From NCBI GenBank assembly GCA_963805625.1, contig CAWDVE010000019.1:640001-704000 (forward strand): a stretch of 64,000 nt of DNA. Reading direction: 5' to 3'. Made by a program: the position numbers and the translations under genes. Shown here piece by piece: positions 28,769 to 38,786 of this stretch (position 1 is the first letter of the stretch; each line of letters opens with the position of its first letter). The stretch comes from an uncultured Candidatus Rokubacteria bacterium. Its GTDB lineage: Bacteria; Methylomirabilota; Methylomirabilia; Rokubacteriales; DASRDR01. The notes beneath the pieces were generated by a model, which was not told the DNA's origin, ran no database searches, and saw only the letters and a program-made list of their open reading frames with translations.

Positions 28769-30142
28769 CTACCGCCGTGCGAGGGCGTTTCGCGTGAGGA
28801 GCTCCCCGACCAGGTCGTCGAAGGCCGCGACCGTCTCGTCGATGTCCTGCTCCTCGTGGGCCGCCGACGTCATGCCGCCGTTGTAGGAGAGGAGGTCGAT
28901 GCCCCGCACGCGGAAGCCGTTCTGGAGCGCCCGCACGAGGGTGGGATCCATGCTCTTGAGCGTGACGGTGTCGAGCCACCGGTAATCCTCGGGGCGCGAG
29001 ACCGCCAGCTTCGCCCCCGGCGCCTCGAGGTAGATGTGAAACACCGAGCTCTCGCCGTACGCGAGCCCCCGGACCGCGCGGCGCTCGAGCACGCCGTTCA
29101 GGCCCGCGCGGAGCCGGTCGGCGAGGGCATCCGCCCGGCGCGTCGGCTCCCCGGTGGCCACGATGTTGAGGCAGGCGATCCCCGCCGCCGCCGTCAGTGG
29201 TGTCGCGTTGTAGGTGCCCTGGTGCGCGATGCGGCGGAACCGGTCGTGGAAGGCGTCCCCGGTGATGTCGAAGACCCGCATCACCTCGGCCCGGCCGCAG
29301 ATCGCTGCGCCCGGGACGCCCCCGCCGATGATCTTCGCGTGGGTCGAGAGGTCGGGCGTGATGCCGTACCGCTCCTGGGCGCCGCCGGGCGCCCAGCGGA
29401 AGCCGGTGATGACCTCGTCGAAGATGAGGAGCGTCCCGTGGCGCCGCGTCACTTCCCGCAGGCCTGCCAGGAACCCCGGCCGGAGCGGGAGCCGCGCCCA
29501 CGAGCCGCCGCTCGGCTCGAGGATCACCGCGGCGACGTCGCCCCGCTGCCGAAGGATGCGGTCGACCTCGTCGAGGTCGTTGGCGGGGGTCATCACCGTG
29601 CCCAGCCGGAAGCCCGGCGTCAGCCCGATGGACGGCGGCACGTCGTAGGGGGGCGCGAAGCCCGTCACGAGCTCGTCGCCCCAGCCGTGGAAGTGGCCCT
29701 CGAAGCGGAGGATCGTCGGCCGGCCCGTGTGGGCGCGCGCCACCCGGCAGGCCAGCATGTCGGACTCCGTGCCCGAGTTCGTGAAGCGCACCCGCTCGCC
29801 GCACGGCACGAGGGACTGGATCCGCTCCGCCCACTCGACCTGGAGCGGGTGATCGTTGCCGAAGTGGGTGCCGAGCGGCGCCGCCTTGATGACGGCCTCG
29901 ACGATGGCGGGATGCGCATGGCCGAGCAGCAGGGCGCCGTTCCCGACGTGGTAGTCGATGTACCGGTGGCCGTCGACGTCCCACTTGTAGGCGCCCTGGG
30001 CTCGCGCGATGTAGGTGGGGAACGGCAGCGCGTGCCGCACGTCGTGGCCGAGGGCCCCCCCGACCGCCTGCTTGGCCCGCGCGTACCACGCTGCCGATCC
30101 CGCCCGCGTTGCCTGGATCTGCTCCTCGAAGCTCCGTGTCAT
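28769..30142 (-). CDS. class III PLP aminotransferase (GSA-aminomutase-like)
   Basis: WDVDG..YID, RFTNSGTE, FEGHFHG, LIFDEVITGFR, HAKIIGGG, HQGTYN. Confidence 0.9.
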   Translation of the reverse strand: MTRSFEEQIQATRAGSAAWYARAKQAVGGALGHDVRHALPFPTYIARAQGAYKWDVDGHRYIDYHVGNGALLLGHAHPAIVEAVIKAAPLGTHFGNDHPLQVEWAERIQSLVPCGERVRFTNSGTESDMLACRVARAHTGRPTILRFEGHFHGWGDELVTGFAPPYDVPPSIGLTPGFRLGTVMTPANDLDEVDRILRQRGDVAAVILEPSGGSWARLPLRPGFLAGLREVTRRHGTLLIFDEVITGFRWAPGGAQERYGITPDLSTHAKIIGGGVPGAAICGRAEVMRVFDITGDAFHDRFRRIAHQGTYNATPLTAAAGIACLNIVATGEPTRRADALADRLRAGLNGVLERRAVRGLAYGESSVFHIYLEAPGAKLAVSRPEDYRWLDTVTLKSMDPTLVRALQNGFRVRGIDLLSYNGGMTSAAHEEQDIDETVAAFDDLVGELLTRNALARR

Positions 30143-30242
30143 GACTCTCGCTCCCGCTCTCGGGCGTCCGCCGGCGTCGGGCCAGCCGTGCCCTGGTTCA
30201 GATGGTCGATGTCGGTCCCGCTTCCGCTTCAGTGAGTAGAGT

Positions 30243-31223
30243 CTACCGCGCCACGCCGGCCATCTCGCGCGCCACCCGGAGCACCTCGGGCACGTCCGGC
30301 ACCGAGAGCTTCTCGAGCGGCGGGCTGAACGGCTTGGGCACGTGCGGCGACGAGACGCGGCGCACGGGCCCGTCGAGGTACCCGAAGCGCTCCTCGCCGA
30401 CCGTCGCCGCGATCTGGGCGCCCATCGAGCAGGACGCAACCTCCTCCTCCACGATCAGGAGGCGGTTCGTCTTCTCGACCGAGGCGAAGACCGCGCCGTA
30501 GTCGAAGGGCGACAGGGTCCGCGGGTCGATCACCTCCGCCTCGAGCCCGTCCTGGGCGAGGGTGGCGGCCGCGTCGAGCGCCCGCTGGACCATCCGTCCC
30601 GTCGCGACGATGGTGAGGTCCCGGCCCTCGCGGCAGATCCGGGCCTCGCCGAAGGGAATCGTGTAATCGCCCTCCGGCACCGGGCCCTCCACCTGGTAGA
30701 GGAGCTTCGGCTCGAGGAAGATCACCGGGTCCTCGCCGCGGAGCGCCGTCTTGAGCAGGCCCTTGGCGTCGGCCGGGCTCGAGGGGAGCGCGACCCTGAG
30801 GCCGGGGACGTGGGCGAACCAGGCTTCGAGCGACTGGGAGTGCTGGGCGGCCACGCCCTTGCCGAGCCCGCAGGTGGTGCGGACCACGAGGGGCACCCGC
30901 GCCTGGCCGCCGGACATGTAGCGGAGCTTGGCGGCCTGGTTCACGATCTCGTCCATGCAGCAGGTCAGGAAGTCCGAGTACATGATCTCGGCGACGACGG
31001 GCCCGCCGGCCAGGGCCGCTCCGACGGCCAGGCCGACGATGGCGGCTTCCGAGATCGGGGTCTGCCGGAGCCGGCCCGGGTACAGCTCGGCGAGGCCCTT
31101 GTAGACGCCGTAGACCCCGCCCTGGGGGATGAGGTCCTCGCCCAGGATGAGCATATTGGGGAAGCGGGCCATCTCCTCGGCGAGGGCCTCGCGGATGCCG
31201 TCGCGGAACGTCAGCGTGCGCAT
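30243..31223 (-). CDS. 2-oxoacid/acetoin dehydrogenase E1 beta subunit
   Basis: LGED, TPISEAAIVG, NQAAK, AQHSQSLE, IDPRTL.P. Confidence 0.92.
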   Translation of the reverse strand: MRTLTFRDGIREALAEEMARFPNMLILGEDLIPQGGVYGVYKGLAELYPGRLRQTPISEAAIVGLAVGAALAGGPVVAEIMYSDFLTCCMDEIVNQAAKLRYMSGGQARVPLVVRTTCGLGKGVAAQHSQSLEAWFAHVPGLRVALPSSPADAKGLLKTALRGEDPVIFLEPKLLYQVEGPVPEGDYTIPFGEARICREGRDLTIVATGRMVQRALDAAATLAQDGLEAEVIDPRTLSPFDYGAVFASVEKTNRLLIVEEEVASCSMGAQIAATVGEERFGYLDGPVRRVSSPHVPKPFSPPLEKLSVPDVPEVLRVAREMAGVAR

Positions 31224-31250
31224 GATCTCGGTCCCCTCTCGCGCGCGGGC

Positions 31251-32237
31251 TCAGGCGGTGACGTCGGTGAGGAGCTCGGAGGCGTCGGGGAACGGGCTCT
31301 GGGTGGCGAAGGCGACCGCCTGGCCCACTTCGGCCTCGGCGGCGTCGACGATCGCCTGCCTCTGCGCGTCGCCGAGCAGCCCAGCCTCGCGGAGCCGCGC
31401 CTCGAACCGGAGGATCGGATCGCGCTTCTTCCACTCCTCGACCTCGGCCTTCTCCCGGTAGACCTGGAGGTCCCCGAGGGAGTGGCCGTAGATGCGGTAC
31501 GTCTTGCACTCGAGGAGGGTCGGGCCCAGACCCGCCCGCGCCCGCGCGGCCGCGGCCGCGGCCGCGGTGTGGACCGCCAGGACGTCGTTGCCGTCGACCA
31601 CGACGCCGGGCAAATTGTAGCTCCGCGCCATGTCGACGACGTGCTCCGCCGCCAGGTTCTCCTTCTGCGACATCCACTGCGCATAGCCGTTGTTCTCGCA
31701 GACGAACAGCACCGGCAGCTTCCAGAGCGAGGAGAGGTTCAGGACCTCGTGGAACGTCCCCCGGGTCGCGGCCCCATCGCCGAAGAAGGCGACGGCGATC
31801 TGTCCCGACTTACGCACCTGCGCCATGAGCGCGGCACCGGCGGCCAGGCCGAGGCTGGCGCCGACGATGCCGTTGGCGCCGAGCATCCCGCACGAGAAGT
31901 CGGCGATGTGCATGGAGCCGCCCTTGCCCTTGCAGGAGCCCGTGGCGCGGCCGAAGAGCTCGGCCATCATCCGGTCCATCCGCGCGCCCTTGGCGATGCA
32001 GTGCCCATGGCCGCGGTGGGTCGAGGCGACGTAGTCGTCACGGCGGAGGACCGAGCACACGCCGACGGCGGTCGCTTCCTCACCGATGTAGAGGTGGAGG
32101 GCGCCGTAGACGTCGCCCTGGGTCGAGTGGTAGAGGGCCGTTTCTTCGAACCGCCGGATCCGCCACATGTCGCGGTACAGCCCGTGGAGTGTCTCCACCG
32201 GCAGCGCGAGGGCTTCGGCCGCAGTCTGGGTCGTCAT
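31251..32237 (-). CDS. 2-oxoacid/acetoin dehydrogenase E1 alpha subunit
   Basis: HLYIGEEA, STHRGHGH, GKGGSMH, TPP motif GDGA...ENN, TYRIYGHS. Confidence 0.92.
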   Translation of the reverse strand: MTTQTAAEALALPVETLHGLYRDMWRIRRFEETALYHSTQGDVYGALHLYIGEEATAVGVCSVLRRDDYVASTHRGHGHCIAKGARMDRMMAELFGRATGSCKGKGGSMHIADFSCGMLGANGIVGASLGLAAGAALMAQVRKSGQIAVAFFGDGAATRGTFHEVLNLSSLWKLPVLFVCENNGYAQWMSQKENLAAEHVVDMARSYNLPGVVVDGNDVLAVHTAAAAAAARARAGLGPTLLECKTYRIYGHSLGDLQVYREKAEVEEWKKRDPILRFEARLREAGLLGDAQRQAIVDAAEAEVGQAVAFATQSPFPDASELLTDVTA

Positions 32238-33451
32238 GGAGCATCCTCCTTGGCGGGGGCCAGCACCCGAGCGGGATCGCCCAGGAGCTCGACGAGAGTC
32301 TTCAGCATGGCCGCCCCGCCGGCCCCGTCCACCGCGCGATGGTCGAAGACGAGGCAGAGGGCGAGCTCGCTCACGAACGTGAAGCCGGTCGGCGCCTCGC
32401 GCGGGACGCGATTCATGCGGCCGACCCCCAGGATCGCGACCTGGGGCGGGTTGATGATCGGGGTGAACAGATCGATCCCCCAGGCGCCGAGATTGGTGAC
32501 CGTGAACGTCCCGTCGGCGACGTCGGCCGCACCGAGGCCACTCCGCCGGGCCTTCTCGCCGAGCGCCGCCACCTCGGCGCCGATCTCGGTCACGGTCTTC
32601 TGCTGCGCCTGTCGGACGACCGGCACGACCAGGCCGTCCTCGACCGCGACGGCGACCCCGAGGTTCACGTCGCGGACCTGACGCAGCTCCCCCTCGCGCC
32701 ACCACGCGTTGAGCCGGGGATGCTGGGTCAGCGCGACCGCGGTCGCGCGGAGGATCAGGTCGTTGATGCCGACGCGGGTGCCTCCGGCGTGGCGCGCGTC
32801 GAGGAGGGCCGTGACCTCCGCGTGGGTGACCAGCGTTACCATCGGCGTCTCGCGCCAGGATCGCTGCATCCGCTCCGCGATGGTCCGGCGCATCGAGGTC
32901 AGCGGGACGACGGTGATGCCGGCCTCCGCCAGGCCCGCCGCCGCCGCCACCGACCCCGCGGCGTCGCGGCCCCTGCCTGGGGACTCCGCCGTGCGGCGGA
33001 CGTCCTCCTTGGTGACGAGGCCCCCGGGCCCGGTGCCCTCGACGAGGGAGAGGTCCACCCTCAGCTCCTGAGCGAGACTCCGGGCGACCGGGGACACCTG
33101 GCGCCGGCCGGCGGGCTTCCCGGGAGCGCTGGCAGGGACGGTCTCGACGCGTGCCTGAGCTGTCGGGCCGGTGGCGGCTCCGGCGGCGGCCGGGCCGAGG
33201 TCGGGCAGGGGGGTCCCCGGGGCGCCCACCACCCCGATGGTCGCGCCGACCGGGACGACCGAGCCCTCGCGCACGACGATCTTCAGGAGGACTCCATCAC
33301 CCGGCGACTCGACGTCGAAGGCCGCCTTGTCGGTCTCGATGACGACCAGCACGTCTCCCTTGCGAACGCGCTCGCCCTCTTTGCGGAGCCACTCCCGCAC
33401 GGTGCCCTGCTCCATGGTGTGGCCGAGATTCGGCATTCCGATCTTCCACAT
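32234..33451 (-). CDS. dihydrolipoamide acyltransferase E2
   Basis: Lipoyl motif ETDKA, E3-binding GTGPGG, catalytic FDHRAVDG. Confidence 0.92.
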   Translation of the reverse strand: MWKIGMPNLGHTMEQGTVREWLRKEGERVRKGDVLVVIETDKAAFDVESPGDGVLLKIVVREGSVVPVGATIGVVGAPGTPLPDLGPAAAGAATGPTAQARVETVPASAPGKPAGRRQVSPVARSLAQELRVDLSLVEGTGPGGLVTKEDVRRTAESPGRGRDAAGSVAAAAGLAEAGITVVPLTSMRRTIAERMQRSWRETPMVTLVTHAEVTALLDARHAGGTRVGINDLILRATAVALTQHPRLNAWWREGELRQVRDVNLGVAVAVEDGLVVPVVRQAQQKTVTEIGAEVAALGEKARRSGLGAADVADGTFTVTNLGAWGIDLFTPIINPPQVAILGVGRMNRVPREAPTGFTFVSELALCLVFDHRAVDGAGGAAMLKTLVELLGDPARVLAPAKEDAP

Positions 33452-33596
33452 CGACGAGGCGCTCCTCAGATATCGGCCAGGGCCCCACGCATCGCGCTCG
33501 CGGACGGCACCGCACCAATCCTCGCGGGGAGTGTCAACTCGTCCCCCTCGGCCTCATGAGAGCGCACCGTTCGCCCGCGACGCCCCTGACAGGGCC

Positions 33597-35096
33597 TCAG
33601 GGCCGCGTTACGTGAACGGGCGGGACCTGGTTGAACCATTCCGGCTTGGCTCGCTCGAGCTGGGCGGCGACCTGGAGCAAGAGATCCTCGCGGGCGAAGT
33701 TGGCGTAGAGCATCGCCCCGATGGGGAGGCCGTCCCGGTCGACGCCGGCCGGCACGGAGATGCCAGGCAGACCGGTCTCGTTCCCCGGCATGGTGTAGCG
33801 GCAGGCCTCGGACAGGCGCGCCACCCAGGGGTCGAGGTCCTCGTCTCGGAGGAGGGAGTAGGGGCCGTTGGCGGCCGGCACCCGGATGGCGAGCGTCGGC
33901 GTGAGGAGGAGGTCCTGGCGCGTCATCAGCGCCCCGAACGCGCGCGTGACGACGTTGTTGGCGCTCATCATCCGCCAGATGTCGAACTTGTCGAAGCGCT
34001 CGGCCGCCACGTAGTGGCGGTAGACCATGGGGCCGAGGTACTTCGTGAGCGCCTCGGCTGCAACCCCACGGCTCTCGGCCATGGTGCGGAACTGCGAGCG
34101 CGATCCGGTCCATTGCTGGAGGTAGCCCCACCAGAGCGTGTCCCAGTCGCAGATCTTCCGATCGTCGATCTCCTGGACCCGGTGGCCGAGCCCCTCGAGC
34201 ACGCGCGCCACCGCGCGGACACGGGCCGCCACCTCCGGGTCCGTGCGGCCCTCCCGCCCCCAGCGGCCGGTCGAGAGCCCGATCCGGAGCCGTCCCGGCG
34301 CCTTCCGGAGGGCCCGCACGTACGAGCCGGGCGGCGCGCCCATCGCGATGAAGGCGCCCCCGTTCGGCACCCGCGTCAGGTAGTCGTAGACGGCCGCCGT
34401 GTCGCGCACGGTGCGCGTCACGACCCCGTCGATGCTGATGCGGGTGATGTACTCGCTCTGGGCGAGCGGCCGCGGGACCCGGCCCCGCGTGGCCTTCAGC
34501 CCGACCAGCCCGCAGAACGACGCGGGGATGCGGGTCGAGCCCCCGCCGTCGGACGACATGCTGATCGGGGTGATGCCGGCGGCGACGGCGGCGGCCGAGC
34601 CGCCCGACGAGCCGCCGGGCGTCCGGTCGAGGCGCCAGGGGTTGCGAGTGACGTGGACGTGGCCGAGGTAGTCGGTGGCCGTGTCGAAGGTCATGCCGAA
34701 CTCGGGCGTGGTCGACCGGCCGATCGGCACCAGCCCCGCCTGGAGGTAGTTCTCGACCGTGGGATCGGTGGCGGGGACGACGTGCCCCGTGAAGAGCCGG
34801 CTCCCGGAGTCCTGCCGGCGGCCCTTCAGGCCCGACCCGAGATCCTTGAGGAACATCGGGACGCCGTAGAGCGCGCCGTTGCGGCTCGGACGGTCGGTGT
34901 CCGGCTTCCGCACGACGTCCTCGAACACCTCGAGCACCGCGGCGAGGCGCGGGTTCAGGAGCTCGACCGCCCGCGCCGCCTGGCGGGCCAGCTCCCGGGC
35001 CGTCACCTGCTTCCGGCGCACGAGCGCCGCGAGCGCGACCCCATCGTGCCGGCTCCATTCCTCCCAGCTCATCGCGAGCCCTGCCTGCACTGGCAC
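33597..35096 (-). CDS. amidase signature family enzyme
   Basis: GVP..LKDL, TPGGSSGGSAAAVAAG, SDGGGSTRIPAS. Confidence 0.92.
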   Translation of the reverse strand: MPVQAGLAMSWEEWSRHDGVALAALVRRKQVTARELARQAARAVELLNPRLAAVLEVFEDVVRKPDTDRPSRNGALYGVPMFLKDLGSGLKGRRQDSGSRLFTGHVVPATDPTVENYLQAGLVPIGRSTTPEFGMTFDTATDYLGHVHVTRNPWRLDRTPGGSSGGSAAAVAAGITPISMSSDGGGSTRIPASFCGLVGLKATRGRVPRPLAQSEYITRISIDGVVTRTVRDTAAVYDYLTRVPNGGAFIAMGAPPGSYVRALRKAPGRLRIGLSTGRWGREGRTDPEVAARVRAVARVLEGLGHRVQEIDDRKICDWDTLWWGYLQQWTGSRSQFRTMAESRGVAAEALTKYLGPMVYRHYVAAERFDKFDIWRMMSANNVVTRAFGALMTRQDLLLTPTLAIRVPAANGPYSLLRDEDLDPWVARLSEACRYTMPGNETGLPGISVPAGVDRDGLPIGAMLYANFAREDLLLQVAAQLERAKPEWFNQVPPVHVTRP

Positions 35097-35227
35097 TTGC
35101 CTCTCCTCTGGTTACGGGGTGGAGGGGACGGGCCATGGGGAGGTCGCCGTGTGGACGGCGACGTCGGCCCCCGAGGCCCGCAAAGACGATGTCACGTGAC
35201 CGGCCGGTGTCCCGCGTCGACGCGCGG

Positions 35228-36340
35228 TCAGGCGAGGCAGTCCGCAAGGGGAGCGGGCGTCTCGCCGACCGACTCCGCCACGCCGGCGTGGACGATGCGG
35301 CCCTGGCAGACGTTGAGCCCCTTCGCCAGCGCCGGGTTCCCCCGGAGCGCCGCCCCGAGGCCCTTCCCGGCGAGCTCGACGACGTAGGGCAGGGTGGCGT
35401 TGGTCAAGGCGAAGGTGGACGTGCGGGGCACGAGGGCGGGCATGTTGGCCACGCCGTAGTGCACGACGCCGTGCACGCGGTAGGTGGGCTCGGAGAGCGT
35501 CGTCGGGTGCATCGTCTCCACGCAGCCGCCCTGGTCCACCGCGACGTCGACGATCACCGAGCCCTCCTTCATCGTCTTCACCGTCGACTCCGGGACGAGG
35601 ACGGGAGCGCGGGCGCCCGCGACCAGGACCGCACCGACCAGGAGGTCGACGCGCGGGGCGAGGCGGGCGATGTTGAAGGCGTTCGAGACCAGGGTGACGA
35701 CCTGTCCCCGGAAGATGTCGTCGACGTGGCGCAGCCGGTCGACGTTCACGTCGAGGACCGACACGTCGCCGCCGAGCCCCACGGCGATCTTGGCGGCGTT
35801 GAGGCCGACGATACCGGCACCAATGATCATCACGTTGCCGGGCGGCACGCCCGGCACACCCGAGAGCAGGATCCCCCGGCCGCCGTGGGCCTTGCCCAGG
35901 TAGTAGGCGCCCTCCTGGACCGAGAGCCGGCCCGCCACCTCGCTCATCGGCGTGAGGAGCGGGAGGCTCCCGTCGGGACGCTGCACGGTCTCGTACGCGA
36001 TCGCGACCGTGCGCGACTTCTGGAGGGCGCGCGTGAGCTCGGGCACGGCCGCGAGATGGAGGTAGGTGAACAGGATCTGGTCGGCCCGGAGCCGCGGGTA
36101 CTCCGACGGGATCGGCTCCTTGACCTTGAGCACGAGGTCCGCCTCGGCCCAGACTGCCTCGGCCGGCCGGAGATGCGCTCCCAGCTGGGTGTAGTCGTCG
36201 TCGCGGAAGCCGCTGCCCGCCCCGGCCCCCGGCTCGATGAGCACCCGGTGGCCGTGGTCGACGAGGGTGTGGACGCCGGCGGGCGTGAGCGCGACCCGCT
36301 GCTCGCCGGTCTTGATCTCCTTGGGCACGCCGATGATCAC
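35228..36340 (-). CDS. ald: alanine dehydrogenase
   Basis: IGVPKEIK..E.RVALTP, KVKEP, FTYLHLA, PMSEVAGR, VAVDQGGC, YGVANMP. Confidence 0.96.
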   Translation of the reverse strand: MIIGVPKEIKTGEQRVALTPAGVHTLVDHGHRVLIEPGAGAGSGFRDDDYTQLGAHLRPAEAVWAEADLVLKVKEPIPSEYPRLRADQILFTYLHLAAVPELTRALQKSRTVAIAYETVQRPDGSLPLLTPMSEVAGRLSVQEGAYYLGKAHGGRGILLSGVPGVPPGNVMIIGAGIVGLNAAKIAVGLGGDVSVLDVNVDRLRHVDDIFRGQVVTLVSNAFNIARLAPRVDLLVGAVLVAGARAPVLVPESTVKTMKEGSVIVDVAVDQGGCVETMHPTTLSEPTYRVHGVVHYGVANMPALVPRTSTFALTNATLPYVVELAGKGLGAALRGNPALAKGLNVCQGRIVHAGVAESVGETPAPLADCLA

Positions 36341-36511
36341 GGGATTCAGTCTCCTCTATGTTGTCCGGCCGACGACGCTCATGGTACCGCCTCTTTCCCC
36401 GCCGCGGGGTGTCGACTCGGCGCCGTATCAGCGGCAGGCTTTGCCGGGATGGGAGCGCTCAGGTCAGGCTCGGCGACCGTTTCAGGGAGGAACGACGCGC
36501 GTAGAGCGGAC

Positions 36512-36823
36512 TCACCGGGCCTCCAGGTACCGCTGGAGATCCCGATGGACGTTCTCGTGCGGTGCCACGTCGAGGAAGTCGATTCGGTTGGCTCTGGCGT
36601 CGAACTGATAGGCCCACAGAAGCTGCTGGGGACCGACCTTGAACTTCACGGCGCGGATACCCTTGAGGCGGCCGGTCTTCGGTTCACCGCTCAGCGGGTC
36701 CTGCGCGATCCCCCGGACCGCGTCGTCCACCGCGAGTTGCCCTGCCGGCGGGAGGCGCTGCTTCGACTTGGAGAAGCGCGGCGCCTCGATCAGGATCCGC
36801 GAGGATTTCGCGGGCTCCCTCAC
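36512..36823 (-). CDS. RelE/ParE-like toxin
   Basis: P..GE.KTG.L.G....KFK....L.AY, HEN. Coupled to the upstream antitoxin. Confidence 0.8.
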   Translation of the reverse strand: MREPAKSSRILIEAPRFSKSKQRLPPAGQLAVDDAVRGIAQDPLSGEPKTGRLKGIRAVKFKVGPQQLLWAYQFDARANRIDFLDVAPHENVHRDLQRYLEAR

Positions 36824-37083
36824 TCGATCACGCCGAACCGATAGGGCCGCCCCAGCCCCGCCCGAATTTCTTCCTGGCCTTCCAGGACGCCCTGGATGAA
36901 GGAGAGCGGGAGATCGGGGTTGTCCTCGGCGATCACCGCGAGGTGGGCGTAGTACTTGATCTGCTCCGAGAGAGACCGCTTGTGCGCGTTCGCTCGCGCG
37001 CGCAGGGTCCGAGCCAGCGCCTCGTCACCCTTGCCGAACCGAACCGGCACGGGGTGCGTCCACTTCCTTGCCGACTCCGCCAT
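36820..37083 (-). CDS. ParD-like/Arc-type RHH antitoxin
   Basis: RARANAHKRSLSEQIKYYA.L...AEDNPDLP..FI, PYRFG. Alternative start at 37113. Confidence 0.8.
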   Translation of the reverse strand: MAESARKWTHPVPVRFGKGDEALARTLRARANAHKRSLSEQIKYYAHLAVIAEDNPDLPLSFIQGVLEGQEEIRAGLGRPYRFGVIE

Positions 37084-37117
37084 GGTCCTCTCCCTCCCGC
37101 CGCTAGCGTTCATCCGA

Positions 37118-37150
37118 CTACAATGTAGACAACCGAGAGGGCTCCGTCAA
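37118..37150 (-). promoter_or_regulatory. TA promoter with palindromic operator
   Basis: TTGACG-17-TACATT. The palindrome CTACA-A-TGTAG (37118-37128) overlaps the -10. Confidence 0.55.
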
Positions 37151-37275
37151 GCGATCCCTGTAATGGCTCGCGGGGCGGTCGTCGTCCGCCCCGCATCGCC
37201 GTTACGGATGAGACGCAGCGGGGCGGGTCATCCGGACGGGCGCCCGCCCCCACGCGGCGGCCTGCGCGCCGCGCG

Positions 37276-37780
37276 CTACGCGCCGAACTTCTGGGGGAAC
37301 TGCTTCACGATCGCCTCGGCCAGCGGGTCGGCGATCATCCGCATGTGCACGGTCGCCGACCGGAGCACGGTGTACACCTTGCGGCTGGTCGCCCGCCGCC
37401 TGGGCGTCGATCACGGGCTTGAGCGTCAAGATGTGGTCCTTGACGAGCCCGGCCACGACGTCCTTCGGGAGATTCGGGTTGGCCGAGGCAAGGAAGGCGC
37501 CGAAGTCCTGCGAGTAGCCCACCAGATCCTCGACCGCCTTTTGCTGCTTGGCCTGATCCTTGGTCGTGACGCCGACCGTGTAGTCCACCACGAAGCCGAT
37601 GTGGCGCCGCCAGAGGGGCAGGAAGGCGTCCTGCGCGCCCTGGCCGTACACGGAGCCGATCGCCTTCGAGATGTCGACGCCGTTCGCGTCGAGGGCCGCC
37701 GCGGCCGCCTTGAACTCGGGGTCACGCCCGCCCAGCGCGGCACCGGTGGCCCGCGCCGCCAGGTACGTGTCATTCTCGCA
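37276..37780 (-). pseudogene. 5'-truncated helical protein gene (conserved hypothetical), frameshift at ~37381
   Basis: YLAARATGAALGG...SVYG..A..AFL.LWRRHIGF.VDY...ANPNLP, continuing after a +1 shift to HMRMIADPLAEAIVKQFPQKFGA*. No start codon or RBS. Confidence 0.6.
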
Positions 37781-37803
37781 GCGCGGAGCGGGGCGGAACG
37801 GGC

Positions 37804-38586
37804 ATGAACCACGACCAGTGGCTCGAGCAGGCCGACGTCTACGCGGCGGGCGCCCTCGACGGCCGGGAGCTGGCCGAGTTCGAGGCCCACCTCACCACGG
37901 GCTGCGCGATCTGCGCCGAGCGGCTCCGCGAGACGCGGGAGGCGCTCACGCTCATGCCGCGGTCGCTCCCGGAGGTGCCGCCGCCGCCCGCGCTCCGGGC
38001 GCGGGTCCTCGACGCGATCGCCGCGGAGCGCCCGCCCGCGGCCGCTCCCGGCGCGCTCCGCCCCGCGCCGCGCCGGCGCCGCGCCATGTGGTGGGCGGGC
38101 TGGGCAGGGCTCGCCGCGGCGGCGGCGCTCCTCGTCGTCGTCAACGCACAGCTCAGGGAGACGCGCGAGGAGCTCCGCGCCTTGCGGGGCCGCCTGGCGA
38201 CGCTCCAGACGGAGCTCACCCAGCGCGAGGAGGCGCTCCGGTTCCTGTCGGACCCGAACGTCCGCTACGTGAGCCTGGGCGGGCTCAAGCCCACGCCGGA
38301 GGCGAGCGCCTGGCTACTCTGGAACCCGGCGACGCGCCAGGGCCTGCTTCTGGCACGCGGCCTGCCCGCCGCGCCGGCGGGGCACGCCTACGAGCTCTGG
38401 GCGCTCGCGGGCGCCCAGCCCGTGCCTGCGGGCGTGTTCAGCGCGGACGCCGGAGGGCGGGCGCTCCTGCGTCTCCCGCCGCTCCCCGAGGGCCACACCT
38501 ACGACGCCTTCGCGGTCACCCTCGAGCCCGCTCCCGGCGTGCCGAAGCCGACCGGCCCGATGCACCTCCACGGGAAGGTGCTGTAG
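37804..38586 (+). CDS. anti-sigma-K factor RskA-like
   Basis: ZAS-like HLTTGCAIC, one TM helix, YELW, P.PAGVF, AFAVTLEP..G..PTGP. Confidence 0.88.
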   Translation: MNHDQWLEQADVYAAGALDGRELAEFEAHLTTGCAICAERLRETREALTLMPRSLPEVPPPPALRARVLDAIAAERPPAAAPGALRPAPRRRRAMWWAGWAGLAAAAALLVVVNAQLRETREELRALRGRLATLQTELTQREEALRFLSDPNVRYVSLGGLKPTPEASAWLLWNPATRQGLLLARGLPAAPAGHAYELWALAGAQPVPAGVFSADAGGRALLRLPPLPEGHTYDAFAVTLEPAPGVPKPTGPMHLHGKVL

Positions 38587-38587
38587 C

Positions 38588-38725
38588 GGGGTCAGGCTTT
38601 GACTTCCAAACAATTCCACTCGTCGACCCGGCGGCGCTGATTCCGGCAGGGTCGGGCCCAAGTTCCCTACGCGCCGGACTATCCTCGGTCGTCCGCGGAT
38701 TGTTCAGAAGTCAAAGTCTGACCCC
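38588..38725. repeat. REPIN/MITE-like element, copy 2 (138 bp)
   Basis: GGGGTCAGGCTTTGACTTC...GAAGTCAAAGTCTGACCCC. Confidence 0.85.
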
Positions 38726-38786
38726 GGGTGGGCTCGCGTGCTTTCGAGCCCGAAGATCAGCGCGGAGCCTTTCAGGGCCTGGGCCA

